Assembly: GCA_029259695.1 (NCBI GenBank)
Contig: JAJDEQ010000062.1
Location: 4,620-68,619 of the forward strand
DNA from: Planctomycetota bacterium
GTDB lineage: Bacteria; Planctomycetota; B15-G4
DNA length: 64,000 nucleotides
Direction of reading: 5' to 3'
Below the pieces are notes generated by a model, which saw only the letters and a program-made list of their open reading frames with translations, was not told where the DNA came from and did no database searches. This document shows, one piece after another, positions 1 through 9,532 of this stretch; position 1 is the stretch's first letter; each line of letters begins with the position of its first letter. The position numbers were made by a program, and so were the translations under genes.

Positions 1-549
1 ATCCTGGCGCTCATGAAGCGCGCGGGTTGCTGGCAGATCAGCTACGGCGTGGAGAGCGGCAGCTGGGAGATCCTCAAGCGCATCAAGAAGGCCGCCACCC
101 CGCGCATGCAGGAGCGGGCCCTGCACCTCACGGCCGAAGCCGGGATCAAGGCCAACGCCTACATCATCATCGGCTTCCCCGGCGAGACGCACGAGACGCT
201 GGCGGAGACCGAGGCGTTCCTCAAGCGCGTGCCCATCGACACCCTGCGCCTGACCTACTTCACGCCGTTCCCGAACACCGACATCACCGACGACATGTCG
301 GCCCACGGCGAGATCATCGCCGACTGGACGCGGCTCAACTTCTACAACCTGGTCTACATCCCGCACGGCTTGACGAAGAAGGACCTGGAGCGCGCCTACA
401 AGCGCATCATGCGCAACTTCTACCTGCGCCCGAAGGTCTTCGCATCGTTCCTGCCGCACCTGCTCGTGCCGCGCAAGGCACTCGCGCTGCTGCGCGGGAC
501 GGTCGGTCTCAGCAAGGTCCTCACCGCCGGTCCCAGTTGCCAAGAGTGA
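1..549 (+). CDS. Radical SAM protein, B12-binding-domain family-like (C-terminal part, truncated by window start)
   Basis: Open from base 1; MKRAGC..ISYGVESGS, IIGFPGET, FTPFPNT and 'FYLRP' motifs are typical of the C-terminal half of B12-binding radical SAM enzymes; resembles 1993..3378. Confidence 0.8.
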   Translation: MLALMKRAGCWQISYGVESGSWEILKRIKKAATPRMQERALHLTAEAGIKANAYIIIGFPGETHETLAETEAFLKRVPIDTLRLTYFTPFPNTDITDDMSAHGEIIADWTRLNFYNLVYIPHGLTKKDLERAYKRIMRNFYLRPKVFASFLPHLLVPRKALALLRGTVGLSKVLTAGPSCQE

Positions 550-598
550 TGGCGGCGGTCGGAGCGAGGAGACGGCGCGGAGCGCTCGAGCCGGTCAG

Positions 599-1996
599 GT
601 GAAGACGCGCGCACTCATCCGCGCCGACTGGATCGTCGGGCTGCCGCTGTGCTCGCTGGTCTTCCTGGCCACGCTCCCGCTGCGCCTGTCCACCCGCCTG
701 GCCTTCTGGAAGACCCGCCGGCGGCCGCTGGGCGTGCAGCGCATCCTGGTGATCAAGTTCCTCGGGCTCGGCTCGGTCTTGCTCGCCACCCCGGTGTTGC
801 GCCGCCTGCGCCTGGCCTATCCCCACGCTCAGATCACGTTCCTGACCTTCGAGAGCAACGCCGAGCTCGTGCGCAGACTCTCCGCGGTGGACGAGGTGAT
901 GGTCGTCCCCAGCCGGATGGGGGCGTTGGCTGCCGGCGTGCCGGCGATCCTCTGGAGGCTGCGCCGCCGTCGGTTCGACCTGGCCATCGATCTGGAGTTC
1001 TACTCGCGGCTCTCGAACCTCGTGTCGTGGGGCAGCGGCGCGGCGCGGCGTGTGGGCTTCTTCGTGCGCGCGCGCTGGCGTGGATCGCTGCTCACCGACC
1101 CGGTGTACTTCAACGCGACGCTGCCGCTGGGCCGGGCCGTGCTGGCGCTGCTGCGTCCGCTAAGCCTGGCGCCCGAGACGCTGCTCGAGGATGCGCGGGA
1201 CCGTCACGGCTCCCACGTGCTCGCGCAGCGGACGCCGGACGAAGCGCTCGACCTGGACCGGCTCGACGCACTCGACGCTCACGATCTGCTGGTGCCCGAA
1301 GTCGAGGCGAACGAGGCGCGCGCCGCGGGCCGCAGGCTGGCGCGGGCGGGTGTGCCCGACGGGGCCACGCTGGTGATCGTCAACGTGAACGCCTCGGACC
1401 TGTGTGTCGAGCGCCGCTGGCCCGCCCACCGCTTCGCGCGCCTGGTGGAGCGTTTCGGCGGTGAGATCGCCCGCGTGGACTGCTTCGTGTTCATCGGCAG
1501 CGCCGGCGAACAGGGTGCGGTGCGCAGCGTGCTGGACGAGATCGGTGACGAGGCCCGGCCCCGCTGCCTCGACCTGTCGGGGCGCACGAGCCTGAGCGAC
1601 CTGATGGTGTTGCTGTCCCGGTCGGCCCTGTTGATCAGCAACGACAGCGGCCCGTTGCACCTCGGGGCGTCGCTGGGCGTTCCCACGGTCAGCTTCTTCG
1701 GGCCCGAGACCCCCGCGCTCTACGGGCCGGTCGGGGATCGCCACCTGGTGTTCTACGCGGGGCACTGGTGTTCACCCTGCCTCAGCGTCTACAACGCCAA
1801 GATCGCCATGTGCAACGGAAACAACGAGTGCATGCGTCGGATCACGCTGGATGACGTCGTGCGTCGGACTGCGGATTTCTGCCGCACGTCGGTCGGGCTG
1901 GCGCCCCCGCTGAGCGTCGCGGGGCAGGATCCACGCGAGGTCTTGCCCGCCGGCGAGCAGGGGGCCGGGCGCGTCAGCCCGGAGAGCCTCGGATGA
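599..1996 (+). CDS. Glycosyltransferase family 9 (heptosyltransferase-like)
   Basis: ILVIKFLGLGSVLLATP, RRWP..RF, LISNDSGPLHLGASLGVPTVSFFGP motifs; C-terminal CSPC..C..C. Confidence 0.9.
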   Translation: MKTRALIRADWIVGLPLCSLVFLATLPLRLSTRLAFWKTRRRPLGVQRILVIKFLGLGSVLLATPVLRRLRLAYPHAQITFLTFESNAELVRRLSAVDEVMVVPSRMGALAAGVPAILWRLRRRRFDLAIDLEFYSRLSNLVSWGSGAARRVGFFVRARWRGSLLTDPVYFNATLPLGRAVLALLRPLSLAPETLLEDARDRHGSHVLAQRTPDEALDLDRLDALDAHDLLVPEVEANEARAAGRRLARAGVPDGATLVIVNVNASDLCVERRWPAHRFARLVERFGGEIARVDCFVFIGSAGEQGAVRSVLDEIGDEARPRCLDLSGRTSLSDLMVLLSRSALLISNDSGPLHLGASLGVPTVSFFGPETPALYGPVGDRHLVFYAGHWCSPCLSVYNAKIAMCNGNNECMRRITLDDVVRRTADFCRTSVGLAPPLSVAGQDPREVLPAGEQGAGRVSPESLG

Positions 1997-3378
1997 CGCG
2001 TCGCGCGCTGCTCCTCGTGCCGCCTTCGGACGACGTGGTCATCCGCGACTACTACTGCAGCAAGACGTCCCAGGCGCGCTACCTGCACCCGCCGCTGGAC
2101 CTCGCCATCCAGGGCGGCTGGCTGCGCGACGCCGGCTGGTCCCTGGAGCTCGTAGACGCCACCGTCGACCGGCTCGCACCGGAGGTGGCGTTGGCACGAG
2201 CCGTCGACGCCCGGCCCGACCTCGTGCTGGCGCTGGCCGGCGCCGTGAGCTGGGAGGGTGACGGAGCGTTCCTCGAGCAGGTCGCGCGACGGACCGGCGC
2301 GCCCGTGTACGCATCCGGCGACCTGTTCATGGAGGACCCGGCGGGCATGTTGGAGCGCCACCCGTTCCTGGCCGGCGTCCTGACCGACTTCACCAGCGAC
2401 GAGCTCGTACGACACGCGTCCGGCGACGAGCTGGAGTACGACGCCCTGGTACTCGCCCGCAGCGCGCCCCGGCCGTTCCAACGCACCCGCGGCTCGCGAC
2501 CGATTCCGGTCCCGGCGCACGATCTCTTCGTCGACCACGACTACCGTTACCCGTTCGCGCGTCGCTACCCCATGGCGGGGGTCTACGTCGCCTACGGCTG
2601 TCCGTACACGTGTTCGTTCTGCATCACGGGTGAGCTGGGCACCTCGGTGCGACCGGTGGACAACGTGGTGGCCGAGTGGCGCCGGCTGGCCGAGTTGGGC
2701 GTGCGCGAGCTGTTCGTGCAGGACCAGTGCTTCGGGCAGCCGCGGCGCCCGTTCGACGAGGTGCTGGACGCACTCATCGAAGCCGATCTCGGTCTCGGCT
2801 GGTGGACTTTCAGCCGGGTCGACGTGATCGACGCCGAGTTGCTGCGCAAGATGCGTCGCGCGGGCTGCCACACGCTGATCCTGGGGGTCGAGTCGGCCTC
2901 CGAGGAGATCCTGGCCAACCACCGCAAGGGCTACGGGACCGACCTCGTGACCCGGGCCTTCGCCCTGTGCGAGGCGGAGGGCATGCGCACCGCCGCGACC
3001 TTCATCCTCGGCCTGCCCGAGGAGACGCCCGCGTCGATCCAGCGCACGATCGACTTCGCTTGCTCCTTGCCCGCGGACTACGCGTCGTTCAACGTGGCGG
3101 TGCCGCGGGCGGGGACACGCCTGCGCGAACAGGCCCTGGCGGACGGCCTCGTGGAGCGGGATGTGGAGATCATGGACCAGTCGGGCTTCGAGCCGGTGCT
3201 CGACACCCGCGGGCTCAGGGCCGAAGAGCTGGTGCGCTGGCGGCGCCGGGCCGTGTTGTCGTTCTACCTCCGACCGCGCTACCTGTGGCGCCGGCTGCGG
3301 CATGTGCGCACGGGGGCCGAGTTGCGGAGCCAGTTGCGCGAGGCGTGGATGTTGCTCCGCAACGTGACGCTGAGGTGA
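1993..3378 (+). CDS. B12-binding radical SAM protein
   Basis: CPYTCSFC (CxxxCxxC), GVESASEEIL, FILGLPEET; N-terminal PPLDLA B12-binding-like region; ATGA overlap with GT9. Confidence 0.88.
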   Translation: MTRRALLLVPPSDDVVIRDYYCSKTSQARYLHPPLDLAIQGGWLRDAGWSLELVDATVDRLAPEVALARAVDARPDLVLALAGAVSWEGDGAFLEQVARRTGAPVYASGDLFMEDPAGMLERHPFLAGVLTDFTSDELVRHASGDELEYDALVLARSAPRPFQRTRGSRPIPVPAHDLFVDHDYRYPFARRYPMAGVYVAYGCPYTCSFCITGELGTSVRPVDNVVAEWRRLAELGVRELFVQDQCFGQPRRPFDEVLDALIEADLGLGWWTFSRVDVIDAELLRKMRRAGCHTLILGVESASEEILANHRKGYGTDLVTRAFALCEAEGMRTAATFILGLPEETPASIQRTIDFACSLPADYASFNVAVPRAGTRLREQALADGLVERDVEIMDQSGFEPVLDTRGLRAEELVRWRRRAVLSFYLRPRYLWRRLRHVRTGAELRSQLREAWMLLRNVTLR

Positions 3379-5642
3379 GCGCCTCGGCGGACTCCGAGCG
3401 GGCCGCCGCCGGAGACGTGCCGACGGGGCGGCGCGGCACCCCGTGGTGGGGAACCATCGCGGTGCTGCTGTTGGCACTCGTCGTCCGGCTCGTGGTGGCC
3501 GCGGACGTGCGCGCGGCGCCGGACACCTTCGCGCCGATCATCGACGGCGAGGCCTACCTGCTCCAGGCGCTGCGGGTCCCCGCGGGCGAGGACATCGCCG
3601 ACGACGTCTACTTCCAGGCGCCGTTGTACCCCTGGCTGCTGGGGCTCGTGTTGCGCGCCGGCGGTGTCGAGGGGGTGCTGGACGCCGAGCGGGTGGGTGA
3701 CGTCGCCCCGGCGCTCGTCGAGCAGGCGCTGGCCGCCGGCCGCGCGCTCAACCTGGCGTTGGGCCTGATCGCCGTGTGGCTCGTGATGCGCCTGGGCGGC
3801 GCGCTGTTCTCGTGGCGCGCGGCCCTCGGGGCCGGCGTGCTCGCGGCCCTCTACGGCCCGTTCGTGTTCTACGAGGGGCACCTGCTGAAGGCGGTGCTCT
3901 CGCTCGTGTTCCTGCCCTGGGCGGTGCTCGCCGCGGCACGGGCCCTGCGTCGCGGGACCCCGCGCGACTTCGCCTGGTGTGGGTTCGCCCTGGGAGCCGG
4001 CTCGCTGGTCCAGGGCCACGTGATGCCGCTCGTGCCGGCGGGCGTGCTCGTGTTGGGCTGGCGCGCGCTGCGTGGCGCCGGGCCGACGCGCCGGTTCAAC
4101 GCGCGCTCCGCGGCCATGCTCGTGATCGGCGCGGCGCTCGCGTTGTCACCCGTCGCCTTGCGCAACTCGCTCGTGGCCGGCCGTCCCGTGCTGTCGACGG
4201 CACAGGGCGGCGCGGCGCTCTGGCTGTGCAACAACCCGGACAATCCGCTGGGCATCGCCGAGCACAACGCCGGGATCCGCCAGGTGCCGCGCCACGAGCG
4301 CGACGACTTCCACGCGGAGACCGAGCGCCTCACGGGGCGCAGCATGACGTCGGGAGAGATCTCCCGGTACTGGGCCGCCCGCTCGCTGGCCTGGATCGCC
4401 GAGCAGCCCACCGCGTGGCTCGCGGTCGAAGCGCGCAAGCTGGCCGCGCTGTGTTCGCGCTACGAGTCGCCGGACAACACCGGCTACTTCCTGGGGCAGG
4501 AGGTGTCTGCGTTCCTGCGCTACACGCCGGCGCGTTTCGGCGTCGTCTTCCCGCTGGCGTGCGGGGGGGCGTTGCTCGCGTGGCGCCGTCGGCGCTCGGG
4601 ACCGGGAGGTGTGGGCGCCCTGGCCTGGGCCACGCTGCTCTACGGCGGCGTGGTGATCCTGTTCTGCGTCACGTCGCGCTACCGCCTGCCGTGGGTCCCG
4701 CTGCTGCTGACGTTTGCGGGGTACCTGCTCGGAGAGTGCCTGCGGCTCGGCGCCGGCCGGGAGCGCCTGCTGATCGGTGGCGCCCTCTTGCTGGGACTGG
4801 CAGGTGCGCGGGCGGGGGAAGCGAGCTTCGGTCCCTTTCCCGAGGCCGAGCGCAAGCAGCACGAGGCGGTGCGCTACCGCAACCGCGGCCTGGTCGCGCT
4901 GCGCCGCGGTGACCTGCCGGGTGCTCGACGGGATCTGGAGTACGCCCTGTCGGCGGCGCCCGGGGCGCTCATGGTCTACGCGGACCTTGCTCGCCTGGAG
5001 TGGGACGCGTCGGCGACGCGTCAGGCGGTTGCCGACGAGACCGGCGCCCGCGCGCACGCCGCGGCGGCCGAGGACTGGGTGCGACGCATGGTCGAGGTGG
5101 GCGGCGACCGGTGGACCACCTGGTACGACATGGCGACCCTGGCGCACGAACGGGGCGACCTCGTGGGTGTCGTGGATGCGCTGGAAGCCGGACGCCGGCG
5201 CAGCGATCACGGCGGCCGCGCCGACGAACCGTGGCGCCTGGCCCTGGCGGACCTCGAGGACGCCGGGCTGGCCGCCTACTTTCGGGGCGACGACGCCCAG
5301 GCGGTGCGCCTGCTCTCCCGCCACGTCGCCAGCGGCGCGGGCGACCGGGACGTGCGTCAGCACCTGTGCCTGGCACTGCTGGCCGTCGCCGGTGAGCGGT
5401 CCGACGCGGGGGCCGCGCGGGAACAGGCGCTGCAGCATGCCCAGTGGCTGATCGCCGACGAGCCGGAGCACGACGATGGCTACGGGCTGCTGGCGCTGAG
5501 CTCTCTGCGACAGGGCAACCTGGTCGGCGCGCGGGAGGCCGTGGCCGATTACGATCGCCTGTCCGCGGTGCGGGAGGCGACCGGCGTGCCGCGGCGCTTC
5601 CCCGATCAGCAGGAGTTCGAGAGCGTGCGAGGACAGCCATGA
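3375..5642 (+). CDS. Multi-pass GT-C (GT39/ArnT-like) glycosyltransferase with C-terminal TPR-like repeats
   Basis: GTG start overlaps upstream stop (GTGA); many TM segments, IIDGEAY acidic loop, FQAPLYP, RYRLP; helical repeat C-terminus. Confidence 0.72.
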   Translation: MSASADSERAAAGDVPTGRRGTPWWGTIAVLLLALVVRLVVAADVRAAPDTFAPIIDGEAYLLQALRVPAGEDIADDVYFQAPLYPWLLGLVLRAGGVEGVLDAERVGDVAPALVEQALAAGRALNLALGLIAVWLVMRLGGALFSWRAALGAGVLAALYGPFVFYEGHLLKAVLSLVFLPWAVLAAARALRRGTPRDFAWCGFALGAGSLVQGHVMPLVPAGVLVLGWRALRGAGPTRRFNARSAAMLVIGAALALSPVALRNSLVAGRPVLSTAQGGAALWLCNNPDNPLGIAEHNAGIRQVPRHERDDFHAETERLTGRSMTSGEISRYWAARSLAWIAEQPTAWLAVEARKLAALCSRYESPDNTGYFLGQEVSAFLRYTPARFGVVFPLACGGALLAWRRRRSGPGGVGALAWATLLYGGVVILFCVTSRYRLPWVPLLLTFAGYLLGECLRLGAGRERLLIGGALLLGLAGARAGEASFGPFPEAERKQHEAVRYRNRGLVALRRGDLPGARRDLEYALSAAPGALMVYADLARLEWDASATRQAVADETGARAHAAAAEDWVRRMVEVGGDRWTTWYDMATLAHERGDLVGVVDALEAGRRRSDHGGRADEPWRLALADLEDAGLAAYFRGDDAQAVRLLSRHVASGAGDRDVRQHLCLALLAVAGERSDAGAAREQALQHAQWLIADEPEHDDGYGLLALSSLRQGNLVGAREAVADYDRLSAVREATGVPRRFPDQQEFESVRGQP

Positions 5643-7327
5643 GAGCGGCGTGGCTCGGGGCCCTGTGGATCGCCTCGCTCGGCCTGGCCTGCGCGGACGG
5701 GTCGGGGGCTGACGGCCGGGAGCGAGAGCGCGACGGGCAGCCGTCGAGCGCCGGTGCGGGCGCGCTGTTCGAGGCCTGGCCCGCGTCGGCCATGGCCGCG
5801 CTGGCGCCGCTCACCTGCGGGCGTCCCGGTGGGCAGACGATCCTGGAAGTGAACGGCGGCGGCGTGGCCGTGTTCGACGGCGACGGCGACGGCGACATGG
5901 ACCTGCTCGTGGTGTCGCCCGGGGACTACCCCGCGGGCGACGCTTCGTCCGCGGCGGGCAACCGGCTGTACCGCAACGACGGCGGTCGGTTCGTGGACGT
6001 CACCGCGGACAGCGGCGTGGCCGTGGGTGGCTACTGCAACGGCGTCGCCGTGAGCGACGTGGACGGTGACGGCCGGCGTGACCTCTACCTGACGCGGCTC
6101 GGTCCCAACGTCTTGTTGCGCGCCACGGGGCCGCTGTGCTTCGAACTCGTGCCGCAGGCCGGCGGCGCGGCGGGGGACGCCTGGAGCACCTCGGCCCTGT
6201 TCGTCGACCTCGACCGGGACGGCGACCTCGACCTGTACGTCACCAACTACCTGGCCTTCGATCCGAGCCGTCCTCCGATGCACGGCGTGGACGGGCGCAC
6301 CTGCCTGTGGAAGGGCATGCCGGTCATGTGCGGCCCCCAGGGCTTGCCGGCCCAGGGCGATCGCTACTACGTGAACGAGGGTGGCCGCTTCCGCGACGCC
6401 ACCGAGAGCGCGGGCTTCGACGTGACACCCGGCTACGGGTTGGGCGTGATCGAGGGCGACTTCGACGGCAACGGGTGGCCGGACCTCTACGTGTCGAACG
6501 ACTCCACGGCCAACTACCTGTTCCTGAACGATGGCGACGGGCACGTCAGCGAGCGCGGTCGGCGCTCCGGCACGGCGTTGTCGGGCTTGGGCAAGGAGCA
6601 GGCGGGCATGGGCATCGCGGCGGGCGACATCGAGTCGGACGGCGACGAGGACCTGCTCGTCACCAACTTCTCGATGGACACCAACGCGCTGTACGTGAAT
6701 CGAGGCGGGGGCTTCTTTCGCGATCAGGCCGACCCGGCGGGCATCGGCGGTCCATCCCGGACGTTGCTCGGCTGGGGCACGGTGTTCCTGGACGCCGACC
6801 TGGACGGCGACCTCGACACGCTGGCGGCCAACGGGCACGTGTACCCCCAGGCCGACGAGCCGGGCACGGACACCAGCTACGCGCAGCGCGACGTGCTGTG
6901 GTTGAACGACGGCGCCGGGCGTTTCGCCGAGGTCGACTGGCCGGGCCAGGCGCCGGCCGTGAGTCGCGCACTGGCCATCGGTGACCTCGACGACGACGGC
7001 GTGACCGACCTGGTGATCACGCAGCGCGCCGGCGTGCCCCTGGTGTGGCGCGGCACCGCGGACAGTCGCCGCTCGCTGCGCGTGCAGGTGCAGGGACCGC
7101 CCGGCAACCCCGACGGCGTGGGCTGCGTGCTGGCCTGGGTCGACGACGTCGGAGGTCAGCTGCGGCGGGTCCGCACGTCCGCCGGGTTCCAGGCAGCCAG
7201 TGACCCGCGGGTGGTCTTCGCCTATCGCGGCCCGGGCCGGCTCGAGATCACGTATCCGGACGGTCGTCGCCACGAGCAGACCGTCACCGCACCGGGCCCT
7301 GTGCGCGTGCCCTGGGACGGACCGTGA
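5639..7327 (+). CDS. CRTAC1/ASPIC-UnbV family FG-GAP repeat lipoprotein
   Basis: Lipobox LGLAC; multiple DxDGDGxxDL repeats; GMGIAAGD; C-terminal SAGFQAASDPRVVF ASPIC-like segment. Confidence 0.85.
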   Translation: MRAAWLGALWIASLGLACADGSGADGRERERDGQPSSAGAGALFEAWPASAMAALAPLTCGRPGGQTILEVNGGGVAVFDGDGDGDMDLLVVSPGDYPAGDASSAAGNRLYRNDGGRFVDVTADSGVAVGGYCNGVAVSDVDGDGRRDLYLTRLGPNVLLRATGPLCFELVPQAGGAAGDAWSTSALFVDLDRDGDLDLYVTNYLAFDPSRPPMHGVDGRTCLWKGMPVMCGPQGLPAQGDRYYVNEGGRFRDATESAGFDVTPGYGLGVIEGDFDGNGWPDLYVSNDSTANYLFLNDGDGHVSERGRRSGTALSGLGKEQAGMGIAAGDIESDGDEDLLVTNFSMDTNALYVNRGGGFFRDQADPAGIGGPSRTLLGWGTVFLDADLDGDLDTLAANGHVYPQADEPGTDTSYAQRDVLWLNDGAGRFAEVDWPGQAPAVSRALAIGDLDDDGVTDLVITQRAGVPLVWRGTADSRRSLRVQVQGPPGNPDGVGCVLAWVDDVGGQLRRVRTSAGFQAASDPRVVFAYRGPGRLEITYPDGRRHEQTVTAPGPVRVPWDGP

Positions 7328-8346
7328 ACTCCCCCGGCGGCGTGCTGTCCCACCTGCTGCTGGTCTGTCTGCTGCTGTGCGCCTGTGCGTGCAACGAGGG
7401 GAGCGGCGACGCGCCACGCGCCGATCGGCCGGCACCGGGCGAGGACGCGACGGACGCGCCCCCCGGACCGGACGCGGGCCGTGTGCCCGACGCGGCCGAA
7501 CAACAGCTCATCGGCCGGGCGGTCCGCGCCATCCAGGAAGAGCGCTACCTGGAGGCCCGGCTGGCGCTCGAGGAGTTGCTGGCCTGGGACCCGCCGCTGC
7601 CGAGCGTGCAGTACATCGCCGGGCACGCGGCCTACGAACTCACGGCGTACGGCGAGGCGGCCGAGCGGCTGGCCGACGCCGTCGCCCGGGAGCCCTCGCT
7701 GTGGGGCTCGTCGTCCGCGCTCGGCTTCGCGCTGCACAAGCTCGGTCGCTACGACGCCGCGGCGACGGCGTTCGCCGGGGTCGTGGCGGCTGACGCCGAG
7801 GCCTACAAGGCGCACTACGGCCGGGGGCTCGTGGACCTGAGTCGCGGTGAGCCGGCCGTTGCGCGCATCCATCTCGAGCGGGCCCTCGCGATCGAGCCGT
7901 CGTACCTGAAGGCGCGCTACGCGTGGGGACGGTTGCTGGAACAGGAGGGGGACCTGCAACAGGCGCGCGTGGTCGTCAGCGCCGTGCTGGACGAGTGGCC
8001 GTCGCACGAACAGGCCTACTACCTGCTCGAGCGCATCCTGCTGCAGCTCGGGCTGGACGACGACGCCGACGAGGTCGAGGCGCGTCGGCAGCTCGTCTAC
8101 GCCACGCGCGAACGGATCGACGGAATCACTCAGCGCCTGCGTGCAGGTGAGCAGCGACCGGAACTGCACCGGGCGATCGCCACGGCGTATGCGGACATGG
8201 GGGACGTGCGCATGGCATTGCAGGCGCTGCGAGCGGGCCTGGCGGTCTTCCCGGACGATCTCGGGCTCCAGGGGCTCGCACGTCGACTGCAGTCGGCGTC
8301 AGAGGACGACGGCGACGCGGGGAAGAGTGATTCCGCGCCGCGTTGA
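7324..8346 (+). CDS. Tetratricopeptide repeat lipoprotein
   Basis: Hydrophobic N-terminus with LCAC lipobox-like motif; repeated TPR-like units (ALGFALHKLGRYDAA, AHYGRGLV, ARYAWGRLL). Confidence 0.8.
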   Translation: MNSPGGVLSHLLLVCLLLCACACNEGSGDAPRADRPAPGEDATDAPPGPDAGRVPDAAEQQLIGRAVRAIQEERYLEARLALEELLAWDPPLPSVQYIAGHAAYELTAYGEAAERLADAVAREPSLWGSSSALGFALHKLGRYDAAATAFAGVVAADAEAYKAHYGRGLVDLSRGEPAVARIHLERALAIEPSYLKARYAWGRLLEQEGDLQQARVVVSAVLDEWPSHEQAYYLLERILLQLGLDDDADEVEARRQLVYATRERIDGITQRLRAGEQRPELHRAIATAYADMGDVRMALQALRAGLAVFPDDLGLQGLARRLQSASEDDGDAGKSDSAPR

Positions 8347-8371
8347 ACCGCCCCCTGCCATTGCCTAAGTT
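8343..8371 (+). promoter_or_regulatory. Sigma70-type promoter for icd-pyk
   Basis: TTGAAC-17 bp-TAAGTT, followed by TCAC-AGC-GTGA inverted repeat and a GGAG SD before the icd ATG. Confidence 0.55.
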
Positions 8372-8436
8372 TGCTCACAGCGTGACTGCGCTATGAACGT
8401 GGGGATCTCGCCCCGGTCCGACCCCTGGAGAATCCC

Positions 8437-9528
8437 ATGACGACCCACGCCGTGACCTTGATCCGGGGCGACGGAACGGGGCCCGAACTGGCCGCCGTGA
8501 CGCGCGAGGTGCTCGATGCCACCGGCGTCTCCTTCGCCTGGGACGTGGTCGATGCCGGCGTCGACGTGATGAAGACCGCAGGCACCCCGCTGCCCGACGA
8601 CGTGCTGGCGTCGTTGCGCAAGAACAAGGTCGGCATCAAGGCGCCCATCACCACGCCCGTGGGGACCGGCTTCCGCTCCGTGAACGTCGCCTTGCGGAAG
8701 GAACTCGACCTGTATGCCTGCGTCCGCCCCTGCCGCACGTTCGCCGGCATCAAGTCGGCGCTGCACCGGGACATGGACGTGGTCATCGTGCGCGAGAACA
8801 CCGAGGACCTCTACGCCGGGATCGAGTTCGAGCGCGGCAAGCAGGACACCCAGGGCCTGGTGGCGCTGCTGGGTGAGTATCGCCCCGCCAATCGCCTCGG
8901 GGACGACGTGGGCATCTCGATCAAGCCGATCAGCATCGCGGGGTCCCGGCGCGTCGTGCGCTTCGCGTTCGAGTACGCGCGTCTCCATGGCCGTCGCAAG
9001 GTGACCGCCGTGCACAAGGCGAACATCATGAAGTACTCCGACGGCCTCTTCCTCGAGGTCGCCCGGGAGGTGGCCAGCGGCTACCCGGACATCGAGTTCG
9101 ACGATCGCATCGTCGACAACATGTGCATGCAGATCGTCCAGCGCCCGCTCGACTACGACGTGCTCGTGCTGCCGAACCTGTACGGCGACATCATGTCCGA
9201 CCTGTGTGCCGCCCTGGTGGGTGGGCTGGGTGTGGCTCCCGGCGGCAACGTGGGTGACGAGTGCGCGCTGTTCGAGGCGGTGCACGGGAGCGCTCCCAAG
9301 TACGCCGGACAGAACAAGGTCAACCCGACCGCCATGATCCTCTCCGGCGTCATGCTGCTCGACTACCTCGGTGAGGCCGAGGCGGCGCAGCGCCTGCACC
9401 AGGCGGTGGCGGCGGTGGTGGCCGCGGGCGAAGAGGTCACCTACGACCTGCGGCCGGGACGCGCCAGCGAGGGCGCGGTGGGCACACGCGAGATGGGTGC
9501 GGCGATCATCCGCGCGATGGGAGCCTGA
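8437..9528 (+). CDS. icd: Isocitrate dehydrogenase, probably NADP-dependent
   Basis: [54 protein letters not shown] (KY = NADP signature). Confidence 0.85.
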   Translation: MTTHAVTLIRGDGTGPELAAVTREVLDATGVSFAWDVVDAGVDVMKTAGTPLPDDVLASLRKNKVGIKAPITTPVGTGFRSVNVALRKELDLYACVRPCRTFAGIKSALHRDMDVVIVRENTEDLYAGIEFERGKQDTQGLVALLGEYRPANRLGDDVGISIKPISIAGSRRVVRFAFEYARLHGRRKVTAVHKANIMKYSDGLFLEVAREVASGYPDIEFDDRIVDNMCMQIVQRPLDYDVLVLPNLYGDIMSDLCAALVGGLGVAPGGNVGDECALFEAVHGSAPKYAGQNKVNPTAMILSGVMLLDYLGEAEAAQRLHQAVAAVVAAGEEVTYDLRPGRASEGAVGTREMGAAIIRAMGA

Positions 9529-9532
9529 GCAC

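Noticed and set aside
2676-3374. N-terminal extension of the GT-C ORF (similar cases at 5444, 9371, 17183, 33705, 37047 and 54069)
   Set aside because: Overlaps real genes or regulatory DNA; downstream starts with stop/start coupling, SD or signal peptides fit better
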